This document shows, piece by piece, positions 31,332-42,262 of a stretch of 64,000 nucleotides of DNA. A program made the translations under genes and the position numbers. The notes beneath the pieces are model-generated. The model worked only from the letters and a program-made list of their open reading frames with translations. It searched no databases and was not told the DNA's origin. Position 1 is the first letter of the stretch. Every line of letters starts with the position of its first letter. The stretch is from the NCBI GenBank assembly GCA_050951805.1, contig JBMNJT010000002.1, positions 1,408,001-1,472,000 of the forward strand, given 5' to 3'. Source of the stretch: Bacillota bacterium (GTDB lineage: Bacteria; Bacillota; DTU025).

Positions 31332-32489
31332 CTACTGGCGTTCCCGCGGTCTGGCTATGTCTTCTACAGTTTCCACAGTAAGAATGACCTCGACAGCCTC
31401 TGGCATTACATTCTCGTCAGATACCCTTTCGCTCACAGATACAATCCTCGCATCTTTGTTGAGCTTGGCTGCGATCGAATCTTCAGCAGCAGCGCGGGCA
31501 AGCACATATGCCTCGCTGCGACTTATGCGCGTTGAGGTGAGTGCAAGCTCGTATCGCTCAATTCTAATAAATTCTACGCCAGGACGGTAGTCCCTTCTAT
31601 ACTCCTTGGTATCGAAAGCTTCAAAACTGCCAACCCTGCCCAGACGAAAATCGAGGTTGCCCCATAAAACCCGGTAATGTATTGACTTGCGCCCGGTCCT
31701 CACGCGCTCTTCCACGTTGAGCGGGACTACTGCGCGGCCCTCGCGCCACACACGGCCTTCGACGATAGCCCTGGCATGTGCCGCATCACCACCCGCACCC
31801 GACGCGCTTTTTCCTGATACAAGCACCTGGCCTGCCACGACCGTCTGCCCCTCAGCTACACACGCATCGCCTGCAAGGACAATCAGTTTCACAACTATGG
31901 CATCTTCTGACGCAATCAGATCGATCGGGAAAACGGGAGCATCCGGCAGAACCTTTTCAGCCACGCGCACGATCAGGGCAGTACCTTGAGTCTCCACGCC
32001 TGCCCAAGCCAGGCCTTCTACTGATTTCGTGATCTCGGACCTGATGGTGTCGCAGTCGATAGATGACAGAAGAGTCCATCTATTAACGCCCATATCATCG
32101 AGAATGCGGCGAATCTGCTGTTCCTGGTGGGGATTGGCGCCAACAACCTCTATCGTCCACAGAATCGAAGACATCACATAGAGAATCGCAACGAAGAGCA
32201 TCAGACCGATGAAGAGGAATTTCCTCCTGCCCAACGCTGCAATCAAGAACGGGGCTCCAACCCGCGCATCCACGGTGGCTCGGCACTGGCAATCCCGAAG
32301 AATCGGATGCAGGCGCCTGTAATCATCAACGCTCACCCTGGCGGTGATCATCCCCGGACCCAGAGTGGTCACATCATACAGCCCTATGTGACGAGCCGCC
32401 GCCATATTAACGAATTTCTCGATCATCCTGCCTGTGACCCTGATTATAACATATCCACGAACCCAGTCCCACAGGCCGGATGTTGCCAT
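31332..32489 (-). CDS. yqfD: Sporulation protein YqfD
   Basis: GYVIIRV.G...EKFVN, central TM, V..GQ.V..GQVLVSG, HARAIVEGR; synteny yqfC-yqfD-phoH. Confidence 0.88.
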   Translation of the reverse strand: MATSGLWDWVRGYVIIRVTGRMIEKFVNMAAARHIGLYDVTTLGPGMITARVSVDDYRRLHPILRDCQCRATVDARVGAPFLIAALGRRKFLFIGLMLFVAILYVMSSILWTIEVVGANPHQEQQIRRILDDMGVNRWTLLSSIDCDTIRSEITKSVEGLAWAGVETQGTALIVRVAEKVLPDAPVFPIDLIASEDAIVVKLIVLAGDACVAEGQTVVAGQVLVSGKSASGAGGDAAHARAIVEGRVWREGRAVVPLNVEERVRTGRKSIHYRVLWGNLDFRLGRVGSFEAFDTKEYRRDYRPGVEFIRIERYELALTSTRISRSEAYVLARAAAEDSIAAKLNKDARIVSVSERVSDENVMPEAVEVILTVETVEDIARPRERQ

Positions 32490-32490
32490 C

Positions 32491-32784
32491 TCAGGACACC
32501 TCCCACCCTAGGAACTCAAGACTATCAAAGCGTCCTTCAACCACAATCCTCTCCCTGTTTATTCCTCTCAGGACCAGCTTGCGACCGACAATTGATACTT
32601 GGCCGACAGTAGTCTGTATGCATAGGCGATCAGCAGAATACTCGATAAGGCCCTTGTGGTTTTCCATCACGAGCCTGGCATTGCCCTCCAAACTGAGCCG
32701 AGGCAAATCGAGGGCTACGTCCTTCGGCACGCCAAGCGCGTCAGACATTCGTTCCTTTATGCGGGCCGAACGCGCTTCACGCAT
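32491..32784 (-). CDS. yqfC: Sporulation protein YqfC (YabP/YqfC family)
   Basis: LGVPKDV.LDLPR, ENHKGLIEY. Confidence 0.9.
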   Translation of the reverse strand: MREARSARIKERMSDALGVPKDVALDLPRLSLEGNARLVMENHKGLIEYSADRLCIQTTVGQVSIVGRKLVLRGINRERIVVEGRFDSLEFLGWEVS

Positions 32785-32899
32785 GTGAATACCTCCGCTA
32801 TTCACGGAGCGGCTCAGGCAAGCCGTCCCGTCCAGGTTTTCTGAGTGACTCGCAAGAAGTGCCTTCGTCTAGCACGGACGATGCAAACTTGAGAATTGC

Positions 32900-34201
32900 C
32901 TAGAGGCCCCCACCGGTAAAACGGACGTCCAGGCCGATGTCGGATCGGCAATAACCCCCTTCAAACCCTATGCGCTCCACCGCATCGTATGCGCGCCGAC
33001 GCGACTCAGTTTGGGTAGATCCGACAGCAGTAACTCCCAACACCCTACCGCCGTCCGAGACAAGCTGTCCCTCGGAGATCCTCGTGCCTGCGTGGAAAAT
33101 TACCGTGCCTTCAGGAAGCTCGCTAGGCACTCGAACAGGCACCCCAGTGCTATAAGGACCTGGATATCCATTACTGGCCAACACTACACAGGTGGAATAG
33201 CCAGGTACAAAGTCTGCCTTCATTTCTCCGATGCGACCGTGACATGCAGCTTCCACAAGGTCAAGCAGATCACTTGCGAGAAGAGGCATAATGGCTTGGG
33301 TCTCAGGATCGCCGAACCTGCAATTGAACTCGAGCACCTTTGGCCCTTCATCCGTTATCATCAGCCCGGCAAAGAGGGCGCCCACAAATGGATCGCCCTC
33401 ATCCGCCATCTGCCTGACAGCCGGAAGCAGCACCTTATTGCTGATCCAATCGAGCATTGCCCGGTCGATGCCGGGAGCAGGCGCCACGGCGCCCATGCCC
33501 CCCGTATTCGGTCCCTCATCACCGTCAAAAGCCCGCTTGTGATCTCTGGCAGGCACGAGCGTCACGACATCTTTGCCGTCAGTTATGCCTATAACACTAG
33601 CCTCGTAGCCCTCAAGGCACTCCTCCACAAGCAGCCGACAGTTGCTTGCTTTCGCAGATTCAGCCAAAGAATCCACGGCTGCTCCCGCTTCCTCTGGGCC
33701 TGAGGCGACTATCACGCCTTTGCCGGCAGCAAGCGCATCCAGCTTCACAACTACCCTTCCAGCGTCGGATGCGATCGCAACCGCAGCCTGCCTCGCCTTG
33801 GAGATATCGTCGAAGACTCCATAGCGAGCAGTAGGTATGCCAGCCCGCTCCATCAAGCCCTTGGCATAGGCCTTTGATGATTCAATCCTGGCAGCGGACG
33901 CTGTAGGGCCAAACACTGCAATCCCCTGGGCAGCGAGCCTATCGGCAAGGCCGAGGCTTAGAGGCAGTTCAGGCCCTACTACGACCAAATGGCAATCGGC
34001 TTCCTGAGCAAATCTTGCCAGCCCCTCTACGTCAGCAACATCAATCGGGACACACTGCCCCAGCCGTTCTATGCCTGCATTGCCTGGCGTTGAGTATATG
34101 CGCCCTACTCTATCGCTTGCCGCCAGCTTCCATACTATTGCGTGTTCCCGCCCACCAGAACCAACAACCAAGATGTTGGGGCGGGTCGACAGACTTGACA
34201 T
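32900..34201 (-). CDS. purD: Phosphoribosylamine--glycine ligase
   Basis: GSGGREHA, VVGPE, ESSKAYAK, GPNTGGMGA, EFNCRFGDPE. Confidence 0.97.
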   Translation of the reverse strand: MSSLSTRPNILVVGSGGREHAIVWKLAASDRVGRIYSTPGNAGIERLGQCVPIDVADVEGLARFAQEADCHLVVVGPELPLSLGLADRLAAQGIAVFGPTASAARIESSKAYAKGLMERAGIPTARYGVFDDISKARQAAVAIASDAGRVVVKLDALAAGKGVIVASGPEEAGAAVDSLAESAKASNCRLLVEECLEGYEASVIGITDGKDVVTLVPARDHKRAFDGDEGPNTGGMGAVAPAPGIDRAMLDWISNKVLLPAVRQMADEGDPFVGALFAGLMITDEGPKVLEFNCRFGDPETQAIMPLLASDLLDLVEAACHGRIGEMKADFVPGYSTCVVLASNGYPGPYSTGVPVRVPSELPEGTVIFHAGTRISEGQLVSDGGRVLGVTAVGSTQTESRRRAYDAVERIGFEGGYCRSDIGLDVRFTGGGL

Positions 34202-34325
34202 AGACGCACCCTCCGTTCCGAGTAGTCTTCAGATAATCTCCATAATCACGTGGTCCTTCCCGACCGTTCCTCCTAAGCAGACACCAGATATCCCCGGCAT
34301 ACGGTGCCCTACGCCGGGAAATTGC

Positions 34326-35879
34326 CTAGTGCTTGAAATGCCTGACCCCCGTAAAGACCATCGCGATATCGTTCGCATCAGCGGCCTCAATTGATTCACT
34401 GTCCCGCAAAGATCCGCCCGGCTGTATCACTGCGCGAACCCCTGCCTCGGCCGCCAGCCTTACAGTGTCTCCGAAGGGGAAGAAGCCATCGGATGCCATG
34501 ACCGAACCGCGGGCCTTCTCGCCTGCTTGCCTGATCGCTATATCTGCGGCCCCCACTCTGTTCATCTGCCCTGCGCCTACCCCAACCGTTCCGTTTCCGC
34601 GCCAGAGAACGATGGCATTGGATCGCACATGAGCAACAGTCTTCCACGCATTGACGAGCTGAGCAAGTTCTTCTTCGTTTGGGGCCCGCTTTGTAACGAC
34701 CGAAAGATCGAGCGGAACCGCCTTCGCGCTGTCCGAATTCTGGACCAGAAAACCCCCGAGAACGGGACGAATGTCCCATCCCGCACGCGGTTTCAAGTCC
34801 TCTTCCGCGATTTCGAGGAGGCGCAGGTTCTTCTTGCCATGCAGCAGCTCAACTGCCTCGGGCGAAAACTCCGGGGCGATTATGACTTCGAGGAATATCT
34901 CTGACATCAGCTTCGCCTCTTCGATGCCCACACTTCGGTTGAAAGCCACGATCCCACCAAACGCCGACACCGGATCGCAATCAAGAGCTGCCTTGTAGGC
35001 TTCCAGAGGAGTCTTTCCTACCCCTACCCCACACGGATTGGCGTGCTTAACGATGACCACAGCCGGCTCATCATACTCGCTCACAACACCTATGGCACCT
35101 GTGGCGTCTGCAAGGTTGTTAAATGACAGTTCTTTCCCGCCAAGCTGTTTTGCAGCTGCCAAGCCCCACGGCGCGCCACCGGAAAACTTGTAAAACGCTG
35201 CTGCCTGATGCGGGTTTTCTCCATATCTCAGAGCCTGCGCCTTGGTGCCCCCGATCACCCAGTGGTCTCCGAGGGATTTCCCTTCGTCCTCTGCTTTCTC
35301 TGTCTGTTCCGCAAAGTAATTTGCTATGGCTGCATCGTAGGCCGCGGTGTGGAGGAAGGCCTCTGCCGCCAAGGCCGCCCTGGTGGCCCTGGAGACTTCG
35401 CCGTGCTCACGCAGTTCCGAGATTATCTCGGGATACCGTCTAGGATTTACCACAACAGTTACTCTCTCGAAGTTCTTGGCAGCCGCGCGTGCCATCGAAG
35501 GCCCGCCTATATCTATGTTCTCGCAAGCCTCCTCCATCTCAGCGCCGCCTTCGACCGTCCGCTCAAATGGATAGAGATTGACTACGACTATGTCTATGGG
35601 AGTCACATCAAGCCTGTTCAAGGCGTCAAGATGCTCGCGGGTGGGCTTTGCAAGAATCCCTGCATGAATTCTTGGATGAAGAGTCTTGACACGCCCGTCA
35701 AGGACCTCCGGAAACCCCGTGATTTCTGAGACATCCCTCACATCCACCCCGGCCTTGCGGAGCAGCGCGGCAGTGCCCCCGGTAGAGATTATCTCGAACC
35801 CCAGCTCTGCCAGGCTCCTAGCAAACTCTTCAATTCCTTCCTTGTCGTAAACGCTTATCAACGCCCGGCCCCTCGCCAC
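34326..35879 (-). CDS. purH: Bifunctional AICAR transformylase/IMP cyclohydrolase
   Basis: ALISVYDK, GRVKTLHP, IDIGGP, LRYGENPHQ, KHANPCG, RHFKH. Confidence 0.98.
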   Translation of the reverse strand: MARGRALISVYDKEGIEEFARSLAELGFEIISTGGTAALLRKAGVDVRDVSEITGFPEVLDGRVKTLHPRIHAGILAKPTREHLDALNRLDVTPIDIVVVNLYPFERTVEGGAEMEEACENIDIGGPSMARAAAKNFERVTVVVNPRRYPEIISELREHGEVSRATRAALAAEAFLHTAAYDAAIANYFAEQTEKAEDEGKSLGDHWVIGGTKAQALRYGENPHQAAAFYKFSGGAPWGLAAAKQLGGKELSFNNLADATGAIGVVSEYDEPAVVIVKHANPCGVGVGKTPLEAYKAALDCDPVSAFGGIVAFNRSVGIEEAKLMSEIFLEVIIAPEFSPEAVELLHGKKNLRLLEIAEEDLKPRAGWDIRPVLGGFLVQNSDSAKAVPLDLSVVTKRAPNEEELAQLVNAWKTVAHVRSNAIVLWRGNGTVGVGAGQMNRVGAADIAIRQAGEKARGSVMASDGFFPFGDTVRLAAEAGVRAVIQPGGSLRDSESIEAADANDIAMVFTGVRHFKH

Positions 35880-35909
35880 CGGACATCTCTCCTTTCTTGC
35901 GCCCTGACG

Positions 35910-36473
35910 CTATTTGCATCCAAGGCGTCTGATGACATCGACCAGTAGGTCATGTTCCTGCTCGAGTATCCTCGCTGAAAGCCTCTCCACATCGTCACCG
36001 GCCAATACCGGCACCACTCTCTGATCGATGATCGGTCCTGAATCCACCCCGTAATTGACGAAATGGACTGTACAGCCTGTGTAGCGCACGCCGGCCTCCA
36101 AAGCCTGACGCTGAGCCTCAAGGCCCGGAAATGACGGCAACAATGACGGGTGGATGTTGATCACCCTGCCCAAAAACCTGTCTAGGAAGACGGGTCCGAG
36201 CACTCTCATGAAGCCTGCAAGGACTACCAGGTCAGGTCGGGCGGCCTCTGCACATGCTGCCAAGGCCGCCTCAAAATCCGCCCGCGACGAATGATCTCGC
36301 CTCTCAATGCAGAACCCGGGAACATGCGCCTTCTCGGCGCGCTTCAGGGCATATGCGTCTGGCGAGTCGGAGATCACAGCCGCTACCTCCGCATCCAGCC
36401 TTCCCCCCTCGATCGCATCGAAGATGGCCTGGAGGTTGGAGCCCCTCCCCGAAACCAACACGACCAAGCGCAA
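35910..36473 (-). CDS. purN: Phosphoribosylglycinamide formyltransferase
   Basis: SGRGSNL, LAGFMR, NIHPSLLP, GCTVH, DSGPII. Confidence 0.97.
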   Translation of the reverse strand: MRLVVLVSGRGSNLQAIFDAIEGGRLDAEVAAVISDSPDAYALKRAEKAHVPGFCIERRDHSSRADFEAALAACAEAARPDLVVLAGFMRVLGPVFLDRFLGRVINIHPSLLPSFPGLEAQRQALEAGVRYTGCTVHFVNYGVDSGPIIDQRVVPVLAGDDVERLSARILEQEHDLLVDVIRRLGCK

Positions 36474-36476
36474 TTC

Positions 36477-38954
36477 TTACACCCCCTGAAATTCCACTCG
36501 CCCGTCTCCGGGAATTATCTCCCCTATAATCCGGGCATCCTCGCCCTGATCCACAAGGATGTTGACTGCTTCCCGCGCTTTTTCGGGACGCACTACCACT
36601 AGAAATCCGATCCCCATATTGAAAACCCTAAACATCTCGTCCGCCGCGACCCCTGCCGTCCGGCTTATGACATCGAATATCGGAGGCCGACGCCACGTGT
36701 CGACCGACAGCGCCATTGAGGCTCCGTGAGGCAGAATCCTAGGTGGATTCTGAACAAGCCCGCCTCCGGTTATATGGGACATGCCAAGCACCTCCACACG
36801 CTCGATCAAAGCAAGTACAGGCCTGACATATATCCTGGTGGGCTCGAGCATCTCATCGCCTAGCGGACGGTCCATACCTTCCGGGATATCGGAAAGAAGG
36901 AAGCCTCCTACTTCGCATAAGGCCTTGCGCGCGAGAGAATACCCGTTGGAGTGGAGTCCCGACGAAGCCAAACCGATCACTCTGTCCCCAGGACGAATCT
37001 TCGACCCGTCGATTATTCGTCCGCGGTCCACAGCGCCAACGGCAAACCCGGCTATGTCGTATTCTCCATCCGGGTAGAATCCCGGCATCTCGGCCGTCTC
37101 GCCGCCTATGAGGGCGCATCCCGCCTGCCTGCAGCCTTCAGCAACCCCCCCGACAATTTCGGCTATCTGCCCCGCATCCAGCCTTCCACAGCCGATGTAG
37201 TCGAGGAAGAACAGGGGGCTAGCCCCCGACACCAGAACATCGTTGACACACATCGCCACCGCATCGATGCCAATGGTGTCATGGCGGTCAGCTGCGAAGG
37301 CGATCTTTAGCTTCGTTCCCACCCCGTCGGTGCCAGAAACCAGAACAGGCTCCTTCATACCTGCAAAATCAGGTTTGAAGAGGCCTCCAAAACCTCCGAT
37401 ATCCCCGATGACCCCAGGGGTGAACGTGCTCTTCACTGCGGGCTTCATGAGCTGCACCGCCCGCTCTCCCTCATCGATATCGACACCTGAATCAGCATAC
37501 GACAAGCTCTTTGGGGGCCTGCATTTCCCATGACAGGAGATGGCGTCGGGATATCGCCCATCCAGGCACGCGGTACAGAATTCCAACGGCTCACCAGTAT
37601 CGCGCGCCGACGCCAGGCCACCAATGGCTTCCAGCATTCCATCGATGGACAGATAATGCAGCGCATCGGCGCCTATCATCTCGCGGATCTCATCTTCACT
37701 CTTAACAGCAGCCACAAGATCCCGCCTGCTCGCCGTGTCAATCCCATACGTGCACGGGAACTTGACGGGCGGTGACGAGACCGCCATGTCTACCCGCGTA
37801 GCGCCGGCTTTCCGCATCAAGTCGACAAGGCGTGCTCCGGTAGTGCCCCGCACTATCGAGTCATCCACCAACACCACGCGCTTCCCAGCGCACGATCTTT
37901 CCACCGCGTTCAGCTTGAGCCTCACGCCCAACTCCCGTTCCATCTGGGAGTTCCTGATGAAGGTTCGCCCCATATAGCGGTTCTTCGTAAGTCCTTGGCG
38001 GTACGGGATTCCGCTCTCATCCGAATATCCCAGTGCCGCAGTGACGCCTGACTCTGGAACTGCAACGACGACATCGGCATCGAACCGGGCTTCCCGGGCC
38101 AACATGGCGCCAAAGGCCTCGCGGGCTGCGGCAACGCCAATACCTTCAATGATGGAATCAGGTCGGGCGAAGTAGATGTACTCAAATATGCAGGTGGCAG
38201 AGGGACAGCTCCTCCTAGAGGCTCGAGTGGCGATACGTTTCATTCCGTCATGTGAGATGACTACGATCTCCCCTCTACCGACATCGCGCTTCTCGGTTAT
38301 CCCAACGGCATCGAGAGCACACGACTCGGAAGACACAGCCCATCCTGCAGGGCCTGACCCTGCAATCAACGGCCTGAACCCATAGGGATCGCGGACCGCA
38401 TATATGGTGTCATCGACCATCACGACGAAGGAGTAGGCCCCTTCCAATTCCTCCATAGCACGTTCGATCGCGCCCACCATGCCCAGGGAAAAGTAGCGGG
38501 CTATCAAGGAACCTATCACTTCCGAATCAGATTCGCTTTGAAAGACCACACCCAACCTTCCCAGCCTCTCCCGCAATACACGCCCGTTGGTGAGGCTTCC
38601 GTTATGGGCAACAGCCATCATCCCGCCTCCGTGACGAAAGACAAAGGGCTGCGCGCCTGAGACGTCGTTGTCCTGGCACACGCCATGCCTCACATGGCCT
38701 ATGCCCGTCTTTCCTGGAAGCCTCTTGAACGCGTCGCCTTCGAAAACCTCTGTGGCAAGGCCAGCTCCTTTCACAACCCGGATACGGGATCCATCGTACA
38801 CGGCAATCCCTGCACTCTCCTGCCCCCTGTGCTGAAGGGAAACGAGTCCATAGTAGACTGCAACCGCGGCATCTTCACGAAAACAGGCACCAAATACGCC
38901 GCATTCTTCCTTCAGTTTGTCCGCTTCCTGCGCTCTCAGCGCTCCATGGCGCAC
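36477..38954 (-). CDS. purF-purM: Fused amidophosphoribosyltransferase (PurF) / AIR synthetase (PurM)
   Basis: N-half: EECGVFG, LQHRGQE, CIFEYIYFARPDS, VDDSIVRGTT, FCTAC. C-half: YADSGVDI, TDGVGTK, GGETAEMPG, SSGLHSNGYS, HITGGG, FNMGIG. No stop codon between the halves. Confidence 0.93.
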   Translation of the reverse strand: MRHGALRAQEADKLKEECGVFGACFREDAAVAVYYGLVSLQHRGQESAGIAVYDGSRIRVVKGAGLATEVFEGDAFKRLPGKTGIGHVRHGVCQDNDVSGAQPFVFRHGGGMMAVAHNGSLTNGRVLRERLGRLGVVFQSESDSEVIGSLIARYFSLGMVGAIERAMEELEGAYSFVVMVDDTIYAVRDPYGFRPLIAGSGPAGWAVSSESCALDAVGITEKRDVGRGEIVVISHDGMKRIATRASRRSCPSATCIFEYIYFARPDSIIEGIGVAAAREAFGAMLAREARFDADVVVAVPESGVTAALGYSDESGIPYRQGLTKNRYMGRTFIRNSQMERELGVRLKLNAVERSCAGKRVVLVDDSIVRGTTGARLVDLMRKAGATRVDMAVSSPPVKFPCTYGIDTASRRDLVAAVKSEDEIREMIGADALHYLSIDGMLEAIGGLASARDTGEPLEFCTACLDGRYPDAISCHGKCRPPKSLSYADSGVDIDEGERAVQLMKPAVKSTFTPGVIGDIGGFGGLFKPDFAGMKEPVLVSGTDGVGTKLKIAFAADRHDTIGIDAVAMCVNDVLVSGASPLFFLDYIGCGRLDAGQIAEIVGGVAEGCRQAGCALIGGETAEMPGFYPDGEYDIAGFAVGAVDRGRIIDGSKIRPGDRVIGLASSGLHSNGYSLARKALCEVGGFLLSDIPEGMDRPLGDEMLEPTRIYVRPVLALIERVEVLGMSHITGGGLVQNPPRILPHGASMALSVDTWRRPPIFDVISRTAGVAADEMFRVFNMGIGFLVVVRPEKAREAVNILVDQGEDARIIGEIIPGDGRVEFQGV

Positions 38955-41203
38955 GGTATCGCCTCCTCGTAAACCTGGGCCAATTTGGCGACGGGCAGAG
39001 CGATGACAACTTCCGCCTCCTGGGCCCGCCGGTCATCGCCTTGCACAGGAACACAAGCAGATTCAACGCACGTGATATCCAGAGACTCACCGCCCACCTC
39101 GCCTATGGCTTTCGCGGCAACGCCCATCTCGTCCGCCAGGTCGAGCAGGGCCCCCAGATCGCTCTCATCCACACTGATAATGGCTCTTCCAGCGCTTTCA
39201 CTGAATAGGAACCTATCGGGAGCAATGTTCGCCTCCAGCCTCACCCTAGCGCCACAAGACCCTGCGATGCAGCATTCGGCCAGGGCAACCCCTAGGCCGC
39301 CATCTGAAAGATCATGGGCAGACCTGGTAATCCCCCTGTCCGCCGCCGCCAGAAGGAGCTCACACAGACGCCTCTCGACGTCAAGATCAAGTTCAGGCAC
39401 TTGACCAGCCTCTACTCCGTGGACCGTTGCAAGATACTCCGACGCTCCTATCTCGTCGCGCGTCGTTCCCAGGAGAACAATCACGTCCCCTTCTTGGCTA
39501 AATCCCATTGCTACGCAATCCTCGACATCATCAATGACGCCTACCATGCCCACAACAGGAGTGGGACGTATCGCCATTTCGCCGTCTTCGTTATAGAAAC
39601 TCACGTTGCCCCCGGTAATCGGCGTATTCAGAGCGATGCATGCCTCCGCCATCCCCTCAATGCCCTCTTTGAACTGCCAGAAAACTTCGGGCTTATACGG
39701 GTTGCCGTAGTTCTGGCAGTTAGTTGCAGCCAGTGGACGGGCCCCGGTACAGGCCAAGTTCCGAGCAGCCTCGGCAACTGCGTGGGCAGCGCCGAGACGA
39801 GGATTGACATAACAGTATCTGGAGTTGCAGTCGCAGGTGAGAGCTATGCCTCGGGACGTGCCGGGAAGACGCACTACTGCGGCATCCGATCCGGGCCCGA
39901 CTACTGTACCAGCGCCAACCTGCTGGTCATACTGCCTGTAAACCCATTTCTTGCTCGCCAAATTTGGTGAGCCCAGAAGCTGAAGCAGAGCTCCGCCCAG
40001 ATCCTTCGGGGCCTCCAAAGCGCCGACATCATACAATGCCACTTCATCGAGGTACTTGGGGCGCACGGACTCCCTATGGTACAGCGGTGCGTTTTCAGCG
40101 AGCGCCTTGGCGGGAACCTGCGCTACTATCTCTCCGCCTTCCAAGAGAGTTATGAATCCATCATCCGTTACCTTGCCTATCTCCTCAGCCAGCAGGTCCC
40201 ACTTCTCCAGCACGTTCTTGACTTCGTCTTCTTTGCCCGGCACAGGCACTAAGAGCATGCGTTCCTGAGACTCGGAAAGCATCACTTCGTATGGAGTCAT
40301 CCCATCTTCGCGGCGCGGGACTTTATCGATATCGATGACCATACCCACATTGCCTCGCGCGGCCATTTCACACGAGGAACATGTAAGTCCTGCCGCCCCC
40401 ATGTCTTGGATTCCCAGGACACAGCCGCGGGCAACCAACTCCAGGCATGCCTCGAGAAGGAGCTTCTCCCTGAACGGGTCGCCTACTTGGACCGCCGACT
40501 TCTTTTCCACGGCCTCTTCAGTTAGGTCGGCAGATGCGAAGGTAGCTCCGTGAATCCCATCTCGGCCCGTGGTAGATCCGATTAGCATCACCGAGTTGCC
40601 CACACCGCTGGCCGCGCTCCGCTTTATCTCATCCTGTCTCATCACGCCGACGCACATGGCGTTGACAAGGGGATTATTCTCGTAGGACTGATGGAATACT
40701 GTCTGCCCGCCCACTGTGGGAACCCCTACGGCATTTCCATACCCGGATATGCCCGAAACGATGCCATCGAAAAGCATGCGAGACTTATTAGACTGCAGAT
40801 CGCCGAGCCACAGCGAGTTGAGGGAGGCTATCGGCCTAGCCCCCATGGTGAATATGTCCCTTATTATACCCCCCACCCCGGTAGCAGCCCCTTCGTAGGG
40901 TTCCACCGCGGACGGATGATTGTGGCTTTCGATCTTAAAGGCTACAGCGAGTCCATCACCTACATCGACTATACCCGCATTTTCCCCTGGACCCTGAAGG
41001 ACTTGGGGGCCTGAAGTAGGAAGGCCCTTCAATACGGCCCTGGAATTCTTGTAGGAGCAGTGTTCAGACCACATTACGGAGAACATTCCCAACTCCACAT
41101 AATTAGGTTCTCTTCCCAAGAGATCCTGAATCATCTGATACTCCTCATCCGACAAACCCATCGATCGCCAAATAGACTCTTTAACGCTATCCGTCTTGGC
41201 CAA
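38936..41203 (-). CDS. purL: Phosphoribosylformylglycinamidine synthase subunit PurL
   Basis: [42 protein letters not shown]. Confidence 0.98.
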   Translation of the reverse strand: MAKTDSVKESIWRSMGLSDEEYQMIQDLLGREPNYVELGMFSVMWSEHCSYKNSRAVLKGLPTSGPQVLQGPGENAGIVDVGDGLAVAFKIESHNHPSAVEPYEGAATGVGGIIRDIFTMGARPIASLNSLWLGDLQSNKSRMLFDGIVSGISGYGNAVGVPTVGGQTVFHQSYENNPLVNAMCVGVMRQDEIKRSAASGVGNSVMLIGSTTGRDGIHGATFASADLTEEAVEKKSAVQVGDPFREKLLLEACLELVARGCVLGIQDMGAAGLTCSSCEMAARGNVGMVIDIDKVPRREDGMTPYEVMLSESQERMLLVPVPGKEDEVKNVLEKWDLLAEEIGKVTDDGFITLLEGGEIVAQVPAKALAENAPLYHRESVRPKYLDEVALYDVGALEAPKDLGGALLQLLGSPNLASKKWVYRQYDQQVGAGTVVGPGSDAAVVRLPGTSRGIALTCDCNSRYCYVNPRLGAAHAVAEAARNLACTGARPLAATNCQNYGNPYKPEVFWQFKEGIEGMAEACIALNTPITGGNVSFYNEDGEMAIRPTPVVGMVGVIDDVEDCVAMGFSQEGDVIVLLGTTRDEIGASEYLATVHGVEAGQVPELDLDVERRLCELLLAAADRGITRSAHDLSDGGLGVALAECCIAGSCGARVRLEANIAPDRFLFSESAGRAIISVDESDLGALLDLADEMGVAAKAIGEVGGESLDITCVESACVPVQGDDRRAQEAEVVIALPVAKLAQVYEEAIPCAMER

Positions 41204-41900
41204 CCCTTACACCCCCACGCACCCATTCTGCGACTGACTCGAATATCCGCCTGCCATCAGTCCCGCCCAAGATCGCCTCGCATGCCCTCTCAGGATGAGG
41301 CATCATTCCCACTACGTTTCCAGCCTCGTTGCTCACTCCGGCTATGTTGTTGAGGCTTCCGTTAGGATTAGCCTCAGGAGTGGCATCGCCCAGCTCATTG
41401 CAGTATCTGAAGACGACCTGTCCACGTTCTTCAAGCTCAGCAAGGGTTTGAGGATCGGCGTAGTAATTGCCGTCGGCATGGGCTATGGGCAGTGTCAGCA
41501 CGTCGCCCTCTCTACAGCCCAATGTGAATGGAGTCCTAGTCGACTCGATGCGGACCCTTACACGATCACAGATGAACCTAGTTCCCACATTTCTCTGCAT
41601 GGCACCAGGCAACAATCCTGCCTCGAGGAGAATCTGAAAACCATTGCATATTCCGATCACCGGCCTCCCATCGCGTGCATATTCCACCACCGAATCCATG
41701 ACCGGCGAGAAACGCGCGATTGCGCCCGGTCGCAGATAATCTCCGTATGAGTAACCCCCGGGGAGCACCAGGCAATCGTATCCTGCCACCGACGTGTCTC
41801 GATGCCAGATGAATTCGGCATCAAAGCCCACAGCCTCGATTGCGTTTCGGCAATCCCGGTCGCAGTTGGAGCCTGGGAACACTATGACTCCGAACTTCAT
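41187..41900 (-). CDS. purQ: FGAM synthase glutaminase subunit PurQ
   Basis: FPGSNCD, GICNGFQ, NPNGS, MPHPER. Confidence 0.97.
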   Translation of the reverse strand: MKFGVIVFPGSNCDRDCRNAIEAVGFDAEFIWHRDTSVAGYDCLVLPGGYSYGDYLRPGAIARFSPVMDSVVEYARDGRPVIGICNGFQILLEAGLLPGAMQRNVGTRFICDRVRVRIESTRTPFTLGCREGDVLTLPIAHADGNYYADPQTLAELEERGQVVFRYCNELGDATPEANPNGSLNNIAGVSNEAGNVVGMMPHPERACEAILGGTDGRRIFESVAEWVRGGVRVGQDG

Positions 41901-42157
41901 TTCCCAGACTCCTCCTTGATCTCATATTCGTACGTCTCCATCGTAGGGTTCGCCAGGATCTGCGAACAGATCTCGTCCATAATCCGCCTGCATTCGGCCT
42001 CATTTGCAGCCTCAAGGTCAACGCGGATTCTCTTTCCAATTCGCACTTTCTGCACTCCACCATAACCCATTTGAACTAGAGCAGACCTTACAGCCTCTCC
42101 CTGCGGGTCGAGTATAGACTGTTTGAGCTGAACATCAACGTAAGCCACGTACTTCAC
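41897..42157 (-). CDS. purS: FGAM synthase subunit PurS
   Basis: LDPQG, VRIGK, LANP. RBS GGAGGTG precedes GTG at 42157. Confidence 0.95.
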   Translation of the reverse strand: MKYVAYVDVQLKQSILDPQGEAVRSALVQMGYGGVQKVRIGKRIRVDLEAANEAECRRIMDEICSQILANPTMETYEYEIKEESGK

Positions 42158-42262
42158 TCCATGCACCTCCAAAACGACTTTTGTTTGCGCATCATCTTCA
42201 TGCTTCGGTCTAAGTGATTTGGCCATCTGAGCCCTGCACTATCCCTGCCGCGCACAGAGAAT

